A stretch of DNA of 64,000 nucleotides from Eledone cirrhosa (lineage: Eukaryota). The notes beneath the pieces are model-generated. The model was given only the letters and a program-made list of their open reading frames with translations. It did not search any database and was not told the origin of the DNA. Position 1 is the stretch's first letter. Every line of letters starts with the position of its first letter. Shown here piece by piece: positions 24,684-36,859 of this stretch. The DNA lies in contig OZ024741.1 in assembly GCA_964016885.1 (NCBI GenBank), forward strand, positions 152,024,001 through 152,088,000, read 5' to 3'. The translations under genes and the position numbers were made by a program.

Positions 24684-27600
24684 GTTTCTTTATTGGACAC
24701 AAGGGCTAACATGAAGAAAAACATTACAGACGTCACAGAATGGTACAGGACGATACAAAGTGGGTTTTGGCCGTGTAAACAGGTGATAACAAGATAGAAA
24801 TCGGAACAGAAATCAAAAGAATTCAAACAACAAAATTCCCCAAAAAAGGGGGAAACCTCCGGTCACTCGTGGCGAAAACCACACAATAGACCACGGCCAC
24901 CCTGACCACCAGGGAAAGCGCCCTCTCTCAGTTTTACCACTCCTCAGGCTACAGGCTCATACTCAGAGCGGACCCCACTCGGACCAGACTCGCCACTTTC
25001 ACCCACCTTTCAACAGACTTCCTAGAAGACAGCACTTGCCACTCTACCCTGATTTTCCTCTTCAAGTGAAACTTGAAAAATTTATTCAGGGATTGGCCGG
25101 AGAGGAAAGTGTCCGTCTTCAACCCTTTCAATCTTGTCCACCACAAAATCTCTTTCGCCATGGGCACCAGGCAGATGAAAACTGCCTGTCCTTCCTCCTC
25201 TTTAAATGAGAATGGCGGGGCTATCTGTACAATGGACTCAGTCGATAACGCGATCCGTCCTATACGCGACAGCAACTGTTCGACATAGCTCCACAAGTCA
25301 GCAATCCTCGGACACTGAACGAGTGCTTGCAGGACGGTTTCGTCGCCCTTCGCGCATCTCGGACAGGCTCGGCTGACAGCATCTCAAGGGATTTCTGGAA
25401 GTTGTCCATAGGCCCCGGGTTGAAAGTTCTCTTGGAGAGAGCGCATAGCTGATCGTCTTCGACGCCCAGGGTCTCCCCGAGAACGTCGTCGCTCTTCCCC
25501 TCCACTAGTCCTGTATAGAAAGCCGTGGTGGATGTTCCACCGATTCCAGCTTCCAAGCGCTATCCCTCGGTCTTTTCCTGATCCAGGACTGCAGCTCCGT
25601 CAAGGAGACAAGCTGGGGAAAAGCGCGTCTGGCAACCGGCGACCACATCTGTTCACTGTCAAGGAGGCACCAGGGCTGTCGCAGTTTCAACGCATGTTTG
25701 CGCATCATCAGCCACGGCATGCTCAGTCCTCCACGCAACGAGTGCTTACAGCAGATGGATCGTCTGACCATGGGAGCACATCCCTTGCACAAAAAACGGA
25801 AGAGAAGGCGCTCCATTTTGGTGAAGGTTGGGCGGCGGCAAGGTACGACGGTCAGGCGGTAGCAGATGACGTACGCATTCGCCACCTCCGCCCGACCTTT
25901 CAGAGACAGCCTCCTCTCGGCCCATTTCTGGATGAGAGAGGCCACCCCACCCTGCTCGTCACCTCGCTCCAGTTTTTCTCCATCTGGAGGTCCGGACCAA
26001 ACCAGACCCCGAGCAATTTAACCGGTCCTTCCGTCCAGCGCCCGACGCCGCTGTCGGACGGCATGAACTTGCCTCTCCAGATGCCGAGTTACAAGCCCAC
26101 CGACTTTTCCTGGTTTATCTTTGCTCCTGTCACCGCCTCGTATTCTTTGAGAGCGGTGCCGGGCATCAGGACGTGTTTAGTGCTCGACACCCCCACGGGG
26201 ATGTCGTCGGCGTAAGCCAACACGGATCTCCCGCATCCCAGTTCGCGTGGGACCCCCTCATTGTTTCCAATTTGTGCAGTAACGGCTCGAGGGCCAGTAC
26301 GTATAAGAAGGACGAGAGGGGTCAACCCTGGCGGACCGAGCGCATAATGCTGAACGGCTGCGACAGGTGACCATTCACCCTCACAATCGAGCAGATGTCG
26401 CTGTGCATCGCAGCGATCCAGCCCCTAAAAACGGGCCCGAAGCCGGCTGCCTCGAGGACTGCACCAGGTACCGGTGGTCGACCCTATCAAATGCTTTAGA
26501 TTGATCCAAGTTAATCAGGGCCCCACCCGTACCAGGTTCCTTAACCACCCTCTCTATGATGTATCGCATGAGATTGAGGTTGTCGCGGATGGATCTGTCC
26601 GGAATGGCGCATCTGCGCCTCTCCCACCAGATCACCGACGACAAGCGCCAATCTCTTTGCTAACACCTTGGCCAAAATCTTGAACTCTGCGTTTAGCAGA
26701 GTTATGGGCCTGAAGTTGTCTATAACGTCCCCCATGTTCGGGTATTTTCTCAGCAGCGCCACTGCTCCCCAGCTCATAAAACTAGAAATGCTCCCGTTCT
26801 GCTGCCAGTTGAAGTAGACATCTGCCAAGAGGTCGACGAACAAGTCTGGCATATACGCATAAAGCTCGTAGGGCAGACCATCCAAACCTGGCGATTTACC
26901 CCTCGTGCAGTCAGACATCGCTTCCCGTATTTCACCTGCTGTTATCGGCTTTTCGCAGCACTGCGCTGCGGTCGTCGAGAGCCGCGGCAGTCCGTCTAGG
27001 TATGCACCGAAGTCCATACTCCGATCCTGCCCGCCGCCGCTCCCGAACAATTTAGTAAAGTGCTGTTGAAAAGCCGCACACATCTGCTCGGGTTCGCGCA
27101 ACATGCGCCTGTTTTGATCAGGAAAAGACCGAATTGTAGTTTTTTGCCACGTCTCGCCTCCACCACTGGGGCCCATAGAACGGCTTTCGTCCCCTTGTGT
27201 CTCAGAGCACGCGCTCTAGCTCTGACAACACAGCCTTCATGCTTTGCGTTGAAGGATTGGTCGAGTGCAAATCTCGCCGCAAGCACGGCGGTTGCGATGC
27301 CTGTCCTAAACGCCTCAGCTAACTTTCTAACTAACTCTCCCTCTACTCTATTTTCCTCTATCACTACTCCTTTGCTAAACCTTATCGATTCTACTCTAAT
27401 AGCCCTTCTCGGGATAAACCACCACCCATTGTTGATGATCTAACCCGTCAACGCACGCTTAACTAATTCGCTAATCCGGTCTCTGTAAGCTTTGCACGCC
27501 GGGAACGACGCGTTCAGCTTCCAGTAACCGGGCCCTTGCCTATGGAGTCTATCTAAGTCAACTTCACAGATCACAAATTTATGGTCCGTGTAGTCGACTA

Positions 27601-28225
27601 CTTTAAATTGTGAACAACCTACACTAGCTTTTCTGTTTCCCTACAGAATACCCTATCTAAATACGATCTGGATGACCCGATGCGGTTTGCCTATGTCCAC
27701 ATTGGCACATTCGGATAATCCAGTCGATACCTGTCAGACATTTCAAAACGTCTGAGCAGGTTGTTGAGGCTTTTACACCCTCCTCCCCTGTCTACTATCC
27801 CCACATAATCCCAGCGTGCATCTAAGATACCGTTCCAGTCGCCCACTAACACTAAAGAGCGGGACGTTCCAAGAAAGGTCTCTAGACGTCTGAAGAAATC
27901 TGGTCATCCTGCCCCTGTTGGGGCATAGACGGCTACTGGCCTGAAAGCATTGCCTTCGGAGCCGGTTACGTCCAGCACCAGCGACTTACCTTCTGGGTCC
28001 AATAAGATGGCCCGTATGTCGAGATCCAAACTTCTCCGAAAAAGCACACCAACTCCTCCCCCCTTCCAAGACGACTGGGAGATGCGTATACATCGTAGCC
28101 GCTGAAGATCGGTGCGAAGGCTCGTGCTTCGGAGATTCTGGTCTCGCTGATGGCTACCACATCTATGTTTAGTGACCCCTGGCCACGTATATTTATACTG
28201 CCTATTCTAAGTACGGCCATGTTGG
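24683..28225 (-). mobile_element. Tx1-clade LINE copy B (ORF2 + 3' UTR only, frameshifted)
   Basis: Colinear with copy A from MAVLRIGSIN to the 3' UTR, with AATAAA then (ATT)n. It begins 5 nt upstream of the ORF2 ATG. Confidence 0.92.
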
Positions 28226-31200
28226 ATGAGGAACGGGGCGATCTTCATTATGGACTCGGTCGACAATTGGATCTGTCCCACACGCGATAGCAGCTGTTCG
28301 AAATAACTCCGAAAGTCAACAATACACGGGCAGTGGACGAGTGCGTGCAAAACGGTTTCGTCGCTCTGCGCACATCTCGGACAGCTCCGTCTGACAGCAC
28401 TACTTTGCCTATAGAATTTATCTCGAACCGGCACTGCCCCCCGGCAGCACTGCCAAGCAAGTGATTTCTGGAAATTGTCCATAGTCCACGGCTCGAAAAT
28501 CGTCCGGAAAAGACTGGCTAGTTCGTTCCCGTCGACGCCTAGAATCTCACCAAAAGCGTCTTCGCACTCCCCCACAACTAATCCTCTATAGAACTCCTGA
28601 CCGCATTGCCCGCCTGGTAGCGGGCAGTGAGTGCCTGGCAACATTCCAGATGTAAGTCGCCCAGTCTCAGTCTCTTCTTGACCCAGGACTGCAGCTTAGT
28701 CAAAGAGACGAGCTGCGGAAAGGCCTGTCTCGTGAATGGTGACCACACCTGTTCACCATTTAGGAAAAATATCTGGAGATGCCGCAGTCTCAGCGCATGT
28801 TTGCACATCATTAGCCACCGCATGCCTAGCGCTCCACGTAGAGGGTGCTGGCCCACGACGCTGTTGGATGGCATGGACTTGCCTCTCCAGGTCCCGAGCT
28901 GCAGGCCCACCGACTTTTCCAGGTTTAGTTTCACTCCTGTCAACTTTTCATATTCTTCCAATAAGGTGCCAATAACTTCGATTTCCGAGATGTTCGACAC
29001 CATCACGGGGATGTCGTCCGCATATGCCGACGCAGCGCTTCCGCCTCCCGGTTCGAGCAGGTTGCTTTGCATCAGCTCCAGCTTCCGCAGTAAAGGCTCT
29101 AGAGTCAATACGTACAGAAGGGAGGAGAGAGGTCACCCTTGATGGACCAATCGGGAAATCTGAAACGGTGTCTAAAGGTGGCCATTAACTTTGACCACCG
29201 AGCAGATACCGCTGTGCATTGCAGCGATCCAGCCTCTGAAGACAGGGCCGAAGCCAGCCACCTTGATGACAGCCTCCAGGAATCGATGGTTGACCCTATC
29301 GAATGCTTTCGATTGATCTAAATTAATCAGAGCCCTACCGAAGCCAGGTTTATTCCCTGCCCCTTCTATGATGTATCGCATGAGGTATGGGTTGTCGTGT
29401 TGAGCAGAGTTATGGGTCTGAAATTATCTAAAGTATCCCTCTTGATCTCATCTTTCCTCATCAGCGTCACTACGCCCCAGCTCACAGAACTGGGAATAGT
29501 CCCGTTCTTCTGCCAGTTGCAGAGGAGCATTTCGAGGAGATCGGAGAACAAGCCTGGCATATCTACGTAAAGCTTGTAAAGCAGGCCATCCAAACCGGGT
29601 GACTTGCGCCTCATGCAGCCGACTAGGGCATCCCGAATCCCTGTCGAAATGATCGGCCTTTCGCGGCAGGCCATCGAGGTAGGGACTGAAATCTACCACC
29701 GTCTCCAACTCGCTGCTTCCCTCGAACAGCCGAGAAAATTGCTGGTGAAAGGCCTCACACATCCGCCTGGAATCATTAAGCTCGCGTCCGTCTCGGTCTG
29801 TCAAAGACCGAATTGTGGTTTTGTTACCACACTGCGCCTCCGCCACTCTGGCCCATATAACAGCTTTCATTCCCTCATTTCTTAGAGCACACGCCTTAGC
29901 TCTGACAATGAAGCCTTCGTGTTTTGCATTGAAGAAATGGTCTAGTGCGATTCTCGCAGCTAGCACGTCAGATGCAATGTCACTCTTAATCACCTCATCT
30001 AATTTTGTTACTAACTCCCTCACCGTTTTATTTTTTCCTATCGCTACTTCTTTACTGAATGTTATGGATTCTACTCTAATCGATCTCTTGAGAGCGCCCA
30101 CCACCTGTTCTTGACGATGGTCCCTGTGAACAGCAGCTTAACTAATTTGCTAATCCGGTCGCTGTAGGGGACGATGCGTTAAGTTTCCAGTAATCAGGTC
30201 CCTGTCTACGTGTTCGATCTAGGTCGACCAGGCAGATCACAAACTTGTGGTCTAAATAGGCGACCGTATGTAATTGTAGACACCCTATACTCTCTTTATC
30301 CACTAGTCTAATTAGAAACCTTTCTAAGTATGATCTAGATGTCCCTAAACGGTTTGTCGAGGTCCACACTGGCGTATTAGGGAAATCTAGTCGATATCTG
30401 TCAGACAGTTGAAACTGACTGATCAGGTTTTTTAGGCTTTTGCCCCCACACTGCTATCAGCTACTCTCACACAGTTGCAGTGTGCGTCCAAGATGCCGTT
30501 CCAGTCCTCCGCTAACACTAAAGGGCGAAACGTTCCTAGAAAGACTTCTAGATGCCTAAAGAAATCTAGTCGACTTGCCCAGTTGGGGCGTAGACAGCCA
30601 CCACTCTAAAAGCACCACCTTCCCTATTATTCATCTAGAACCGCCAGTTTACCGTCCTGGTCCAACAAGGTCGTCCGTACCTCGAGACCCAGGCCTTTCC
30701 TAAACAGCACTGCCACCCCGCCTCCCATTCAAGGCCGACTAAGTAATGCCTAGATCTCAAAGTCGTCAAGAATAGGGGCTAGTGCATGCGTGTCGAAATG
30801 CCTGGGCTGTTTGACGGTTGTCACATCCACGGCTAATGACGTGAGGTCGTTGAGCCTTGCTTCCCGACGACCCCAGGCCACGAACATTTATGCATTCCAG
30901 TCTTAACACCCCCATGTTGGTCAGAGAAAAGGAGAAAGAGAAAGTTACTTACCCACAGGGTGATTTTGGAGGTCGGGTGGTTAGACCTCCATGCCTGGAA
31001 AGCCCTTTAAAAGCCTACTTGAGGCTTTTGCACTGGGTGTTCCCACGTCGTTGGGGAAGCTCTCCCGAATTGCTTTATAATTGTCTAATGGCATCTGCAC
31101 CAGCAAAAGTTTTGTGGCACTTTGAAGGTGCAGGTGCTAAATGCCTCCCCCTCTTTCTCTATTTCCTTCCTTCGTGTTATGAGGTTCAGTCATTTTTCGT

Positions 31201-32654
31201 TTGATTTTCTAACACGAAGTTGGGTGTTGTTGTGGTCGTGAGTTGTTGATGTGTGTGTTTTCTTATAGTTGTTTGTGTTAGTGGTAGTGTTGTTGGTGGA
31301 GATGGTGCTTGTGTTGACGGTTGCGTTGTTGCGGAGGTGGTTGTAGTATGTGTGTCTGTGTTTCGTGTGAGTGTGTCTTCTCTGTTTGCTGTTGTTTGTG
31401 TTGGGGTGTGAGATTTCTTCTTGTTTTCTTTTTCTGTTTTTTAGGTTTTTGGTGTTCCTCGTCATCTTCGTTCGGTGATGAAGAGGTTGCTGTGTTTGTG
31501 TCAGATTGGATTGGGAGTGTGTGTGTGTGTGTTCGAGAGGGGAGGGCGGGAGATCTTCTTTGAAGTGACCCCTGGGTGGTCTTGGTGGTCTTTGCAGTTG
31601 TTGTTTTTGTTGTTGGTTGTGATGGTTCTGTGAGTGTTGTCGGTGGTATTGTTGGTTTTGCTGGTGCCGTCGCTGGTGCTGATGCTACAGATTTTGATGT
31701 CGGTGCTGTTGTTGGTGGTTGTTGCAGTTGTTGTTGAGGCCCCGGTGTCGGCAGCAGCGGAAACTTTCGACCCCTTGCATTTTTCAATAGCTATGGGCAG
31801 ATGACTCACAAGTGAGTTGCTTCGCCGCAGCCGAGACAGTGCGGCCTTTTGCCCTCAGTCATTACTTGTAGAGGTTTTGGAGACGGATCTGCTACTGGAT
31901 TTTCCTTACTTCTTCGGGTTTGATCTGGAGAAGTATCTCCAGATCAACCCCGGACCAGTCCTCTCTGGCTGTCCTGGTTACCTTTATCGGGTCGGCATCT
32001 GTCCCCTCCACAATTACGTTGTTGTTGTTGTCGTTGTTCTTGTTGGTGTTGTCGCTGTTATAGTTGGTGTTATTCTTGGTGTTGTTGTTGTTCTCGGTGT
32101 AGTTCGTGTTGTTGTTGCTTTCATCCCTTGTTTCTTTGTAACGGTTGGTATTGTTGCTATTTTTGTTCTTGTTGGTGGTGTTATTAATTTCGTGGTTGTT
32201 TCTGTTGTCTGTGTTTTGGTTGTCGCTGCTACAGATGTTAGTGTTCTCACTGTTGCTGCTGTTGCTGTGATTGTTCATGTTGCTTGTGGGGGGTGTTGTT
32301 ACATTTGTTGTTGCATGTTGTGTTTGTATTAAATATTATTTTTAATTGTGCTAGCAATAGTGCAAGTTGTGTCTGCCGCATCCCTTCTTTCATCGTTTAA
32401 GCCGCTGTCACACAACAGCAGACATAAAGTTGGGGAGGCGTGGATGAGCCATATTTTTATTTTTTTCGAGAAAAATCTTTTTTCATATAAACAAAGTTCA
32501 GATATTTGGGCCAAAAGGCCCAAATATTATAGCTTGCCCTTCGCAGTCCAAGGCCTTATGTCCCTTTCACGACAACAAAATTTAACAATAAATGATTTAT
32601 GACAGGTTAATAAAGAGACTTACGGGAGCGAGCAAAAAGACGTCCGATCACACC
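28226..32654 (-). mobile_element. Tx1-clade LINE copy C (diverged subfamily; 5' end intact, 3' end lost, internal deletions)
   Basis: 5' UTR homologous to copy A, ORF1 remnants (REDWSGVDLEILLQ), and ORF2 from MGVLRLECINVRGLG (ATG at 30915) through DQSKAFDRV, YADD and CPRC. (ATT)n lies at the 5' junction. Confidence 0.9.
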
Positions 32655-32685
32655 AATAACCAATAATAATAGTAATAATAATAAT

Positions 32686-33372
32686 GATTTCTTTATTGGC
32701 CACAAGGGCTGACATCAAGAAAAACATTACAGACGGAACAGGACGGTACGAAGTGGGTTTTGTGCGTGTAAATATTTTTATTATTTATATAAGAAAAGAA
32801 AAAGGACATAAAACATATATATATATAAACAATAAAATGAAAATTGAAACAATGAAAAATTCCCCAATAGGGGGGAAACCTCCTAGGGTTACTCGTGGCG
32901 AAAACCACACAAAAGACCACGGCCACCTTGACTACCAGGGCAAACGCCCTCTCTCAATTTTTCCATCTCTCAAACTACAGACGTATATTCAGAGTGGTCC
33001 CATTCACTCGGACCATTCTCGCTACATTCACCCACCTTTCAACAAACTTGCTAGAAAGCAGCACTTGCCTCTCCACCCTGATTTTCCTCTTCAAGGGAAA
33101 CTTGAAAAAGTTAATCAGGGATTCGCCGAAGAGGAAAGTGTTTGTCTTTAATCCTTTTAACCTTGTCCACCACACAATCTCTTTCGCCATGGCCACCAGG
33201 CAGATGAAAACTGCCTGCCCTTCCTCCTCAAAGGAAGACGGCGAGACCATCTGCACAATGGACTCAGTCGACAACCGGATCAGTCCCACACGTGACAGCA
33301 ACTATTCGACATAGCTCCACAAGTCAGCAATGCTCGGGCACTGAACGAGTGCGTGCACAACGGTTTCGTCGC
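32686..33372 (-). mobile_element. Tx1-clade LINE copy D, 5'-truncated 3' end
   Basis: ORF 32975..33301 is homologous to the ORF2 C-terminus. The 3' UTR has AATAAA followed by (ATT)n. Confidence 0.9.
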
Positions 33373-33380
33373 TAATGATA

Positions 33381-33566
33381 TTTGTTTCTACTTTAGGCAC
33401 AAGGCCAGCAATTAACCAGTGCATTACTGGTACTTTATTTTATCGACCCTGTAAGGATGAAAGGCAAAGTCAACTTCGGCGGGATTTGAACTCAGATCGT
33501 AAAGGGACGTAACTATGCTGGAAAGCATGGCGTCCGACCCTCTACCGATACTGCCAATCCACCGCC
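33381..33566 (-). mobile_element. tRNA-derived SINE family 1, full length
   Basis: GGCGGTGGATTGGCAGTATCGG...GAGTTCAAATCC...GGCCTTGTGCCTAAAGTAGAAAC. Confidence 0.9.
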
Positions 33567-33598
33567 ACAGTAATAATAGTAATAATAATAATGATAAT

Positions 33599-33800
33599 GA
33601 TTTCTAGTATAGGCACAAGGCCAGTAATTTGGGGGGAGGGGAAAGTCGAGAAAATCGACCCCTGTACATTACTGGTGCTTTATTTTATCGACCCCGTAAC
33701 GATAAAAGGCAAAGTTAACCTCGGTGGGATTTGAACTCAGAAAGTGAAGGGCCGTAACTCTATGCTGCAAAGCATGGTGTCTGACGCTCTACCGATACTA
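33599..33800 (-). mobile_element. tRNA-derived SINE family 1, long variant
   Basis: Family 1 plus an extra GGGTCGAT..TCGACTTTCCCCTCCCCCC segment before the tail, as at 55218-55375. Flanked by (AAT)n. Confidence 0.88.
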
Positions 33801-33823
33801 CTACTAATAATAATAATAATAAT

Positions 33824-34562
33824 ACTTTCTTTATTAACCACAAAAGGGGTTTCAAAAAATACATTAAGGACAGCACAGGACAGTACAAATATGGTTTTCT
33901 GCGTATAAAAACAAAAAACAAAAATAAACAAAAACAAAGATGTAACAAAAAATATGGAAACAAAGGAAAACATTTCCAATAGTGGAGAGACCACCGAGGG
34001 TTATTCATGAAGAAATCCCACAAAAGCTATGGTTACCCTGACCGCTAGGGCGAGCGCCCTCTCCCAGTTGTCCTCCATCAATACTACAGGCGAACGCTCA
34101 GGGGAGGGCCATTCTTGCCTCTTTCACCCACCTTTCAACAAATTGGCTGGAAGACGGCACTTGCCTCTCCACTTTGATTTTCCTTTTCAGGTTAAACCTG
34201 AAAAGGTTAATGAGAGCGTCTCCAAAGAGGAAAGTGCACGTCTTCAACACTTTCAGACGTGTCCACCATATGACCTCTTTCTCCATAGCCACCAGACAGA
34301 TAAGAACTGCTTTTCCTTCCTTGTTAAAGGAGGCCAGTGGGGCAATATTCATGATGGACTCAACTTATAGCCGGAACATGTCTACATGCGACAGCAGTTG
34401 TTCGACATAAACCCACAAGTCAGCGATACTCGGACACTGAACGTGTGCGTGAGAATGGTTTCGTCGCCTCGCATGCGTCTCGCCAGGCCTGACTGGCGGC
34501 ACTTCCATGCCTGTAAAATCTCGAACTGGCAACGCTCCCTGGTAGCACTGCTAGGCCAGGGA
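33824..34562 (-). mobile_element. Tx1-clade LINE copy E, degenerate 3' end
   Basis: ORF 34098..34352 is homologous to the ORF2 C-terminus. 3' end GGTTAATAAAGAAAGT(ATT)n. Confidence 0.88.
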
Positions 34563-35049
34563 TATGCTAGACAAGAACCAACAGACCTATTACATAAATC
34601 TCTTTGTTGACATTGGAAACACGTACGCAAAATCCAATCAGTTGAAAAACAGCCATAACACCTTGAAACGGTGAGTTTATAAGCCACGAATAATGACAAC
34701 TAAACCAAAAATAAATCGAAAGGAAACAAATACTACGAAAATCGATGCATGTATATAACACTCATAAAATTTATTGATTGCTAATATATCACAAATGTAC
34801 ATTTTATGAAAACACGTGCGCCACGGAAGATGAATAAAAAGGCAAAACAATCAGAGACAAACACAGCAAACATTAAAATTAAATCAAATAAACACTGTAT
34901 AATTCTGTTGAACGAGAATAAAAATACGAAGTCACGTACTTGGAATTTAAGAAAAAAAATGCGACGACATATGTGTAAAGACACGTAGAGCTTAGATGCA
35001 AAAATAACCCGGTTCCCGACAAAAGTAATGACATTCTAAATGAAGAGCC

Positions 35050-36550
35050 GGACTTTACCCTACAAGTATCACAAATTCAATCGAAACGACATAAATGGAC
35101 ATGAGAGGAAAGTGTTTCTACTCTATATGCGTATTTTAAGTATGTATCGTAAGAATACAATAGAATACACGTATAAAATCTGAGATAAAAATAGCCAACA
35201 TTCTGATTTAAAACTTGACTCCAACAAACTAGCAAACCTATTAAGCTGTATATTACAAATGAAAATTATCAGAAATTAAAAGAGATTCTAAAAGAACGAA
35301 ACATTGCAAATTTAAAACAAGAAGATGGAACCAATATATCCAAAACAGATAAAGTAAACAACAAAACAAAATAAAAACATAATACTAAAAGACATACAGA
35401 GCACTATCCAACGAAAACCGATTCAAGACAAAATAGCCAAAAATTCAAATGAAAGGAAATATGAGAAGGAAGAGTTAGGAAAAAGATGGAATTCAAAACC
35501 CACAATAGAATAAACATTGATTTAATCCAAGAAATCCAAATACATCTCTCTATGAACGAAAGAATACACTTCCGAAAGATAAAATTTAATGGTGAAATAG
35601 CAACTCTTTTAAAGCAAAAGGCTAACCTGACCATCATAGACGTAACTAACACAAACAGAAACATTTGTATCACAAGAAGTATTATATGCAGCAGCCTCGG
35701 TTGTTACGAAAGAAAATGGGTACCACCTTAGATCTACACAAACATGAATAAAAAAAAACACACAAAAAAAGGAAATGAAAGATTTAAAAATATAGAAAAT
35801 AAAATAAAAAACTTTTCAATCTTAAATGAAACTAGAAAAGGAGTAGAAAATAAAAGTATTAAAGAAATATAATATAACAGAAAGAGAAATTACTGAAACT
35901 AAGGAATACCTAAAACAATAAATGTTTGCAAAGGCACAAAGAATCCGGAGGTACGTAAAACGCCAAGATTTTGCACAAAACCAGCAATTTCTCTCCAACC
36001 TGAAACCATTCTACCACGAACTAAGTAGAAGCAAAATAGAGGTAAACGTAACTTCCAAAGTAAAAGAAATGGAAGAGTTCTGGGGAAGATCGAGGGCAGC
36101 ATGAGAATCATCACGCACAAGCCTAGTTAGAACAACACAGCACCTGAACAACTGTGGGAAGATATCACAACTAAAGAAGTGTCTAACATACTGAAAAGAG
36201 CAAGCAACTGGAAAAAAAACGGAACATGATAAAGTCTTAAACTTCTGGTTGAAATATTTAACAAGGACACATGAGGTACTTGAAAAAAAGTTTAATGGGA
36301 TGCTAGCAGAACTAGATATGATACCTGACTGGATCATTAAGGGGAAAACCACCCTGAGCCCTCAGAATATTGACAATTCCATAACATACCTTCCTACAAT
36401 CTACAAGAACTTAACTGCAATAATATCACAGAAACTAACAGAGCACTTGGAAAAGGAAATTTTCAGAAAAGAACCTATTTTCAGAAGAGCAGAAGGGGTG
36501 TTACAAATGCTCATATGGCTGTAAAGACCAATTACTAATCAACAAAAAAT
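35050..36550 (+). mobile_element. Degenerate R4/Dong-like (RLE-type) LINE, 5' part up to early RT
   Basis: AQRIRRY..QNQQF, DKVLNFWLKYLT..H, IPDWIIKGKTTL, ITYLPTIYK.LTAII, EQKGC..SYGCKDQLLINK. The 5' boundary is uncertain. Confidence 0.75.
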
Positions 36551-36859
36551 TATAGTATTGAGAGTACTCTTCGTAATATGTTTGCGGTGCTTAGTAGAGT
36601 TATATTCTGTGTGCTGCGTGTGTTTGTAAATCTTGGGGTTTTGGTTATGTAGCTGTCTGTGTGTTTTTTTATCATTCGCTGAGTACCTATTATTAAAAGG
36701 GCTATTTCTGTTTTCCTCATCCACCTTCAGGTTATTTTTATCTCCAGGCCTTAATATCTGGATAATTTCTCGATTTCTTAGATGGATATATTGTCATCTG
36801 AAGGGTTTGATACATCAATTAGAAGATACTTTTCTTTGTAGTATTTGACTACAATATCT

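Noticed and set aside
18098-33314. Long plus-strand ORFs such as 19164..19673, 25532..26215 and 28627..29142
   Set aside because: They are antisense shadows of the GC-rich Tx1 ORFs and have no independent motifs.
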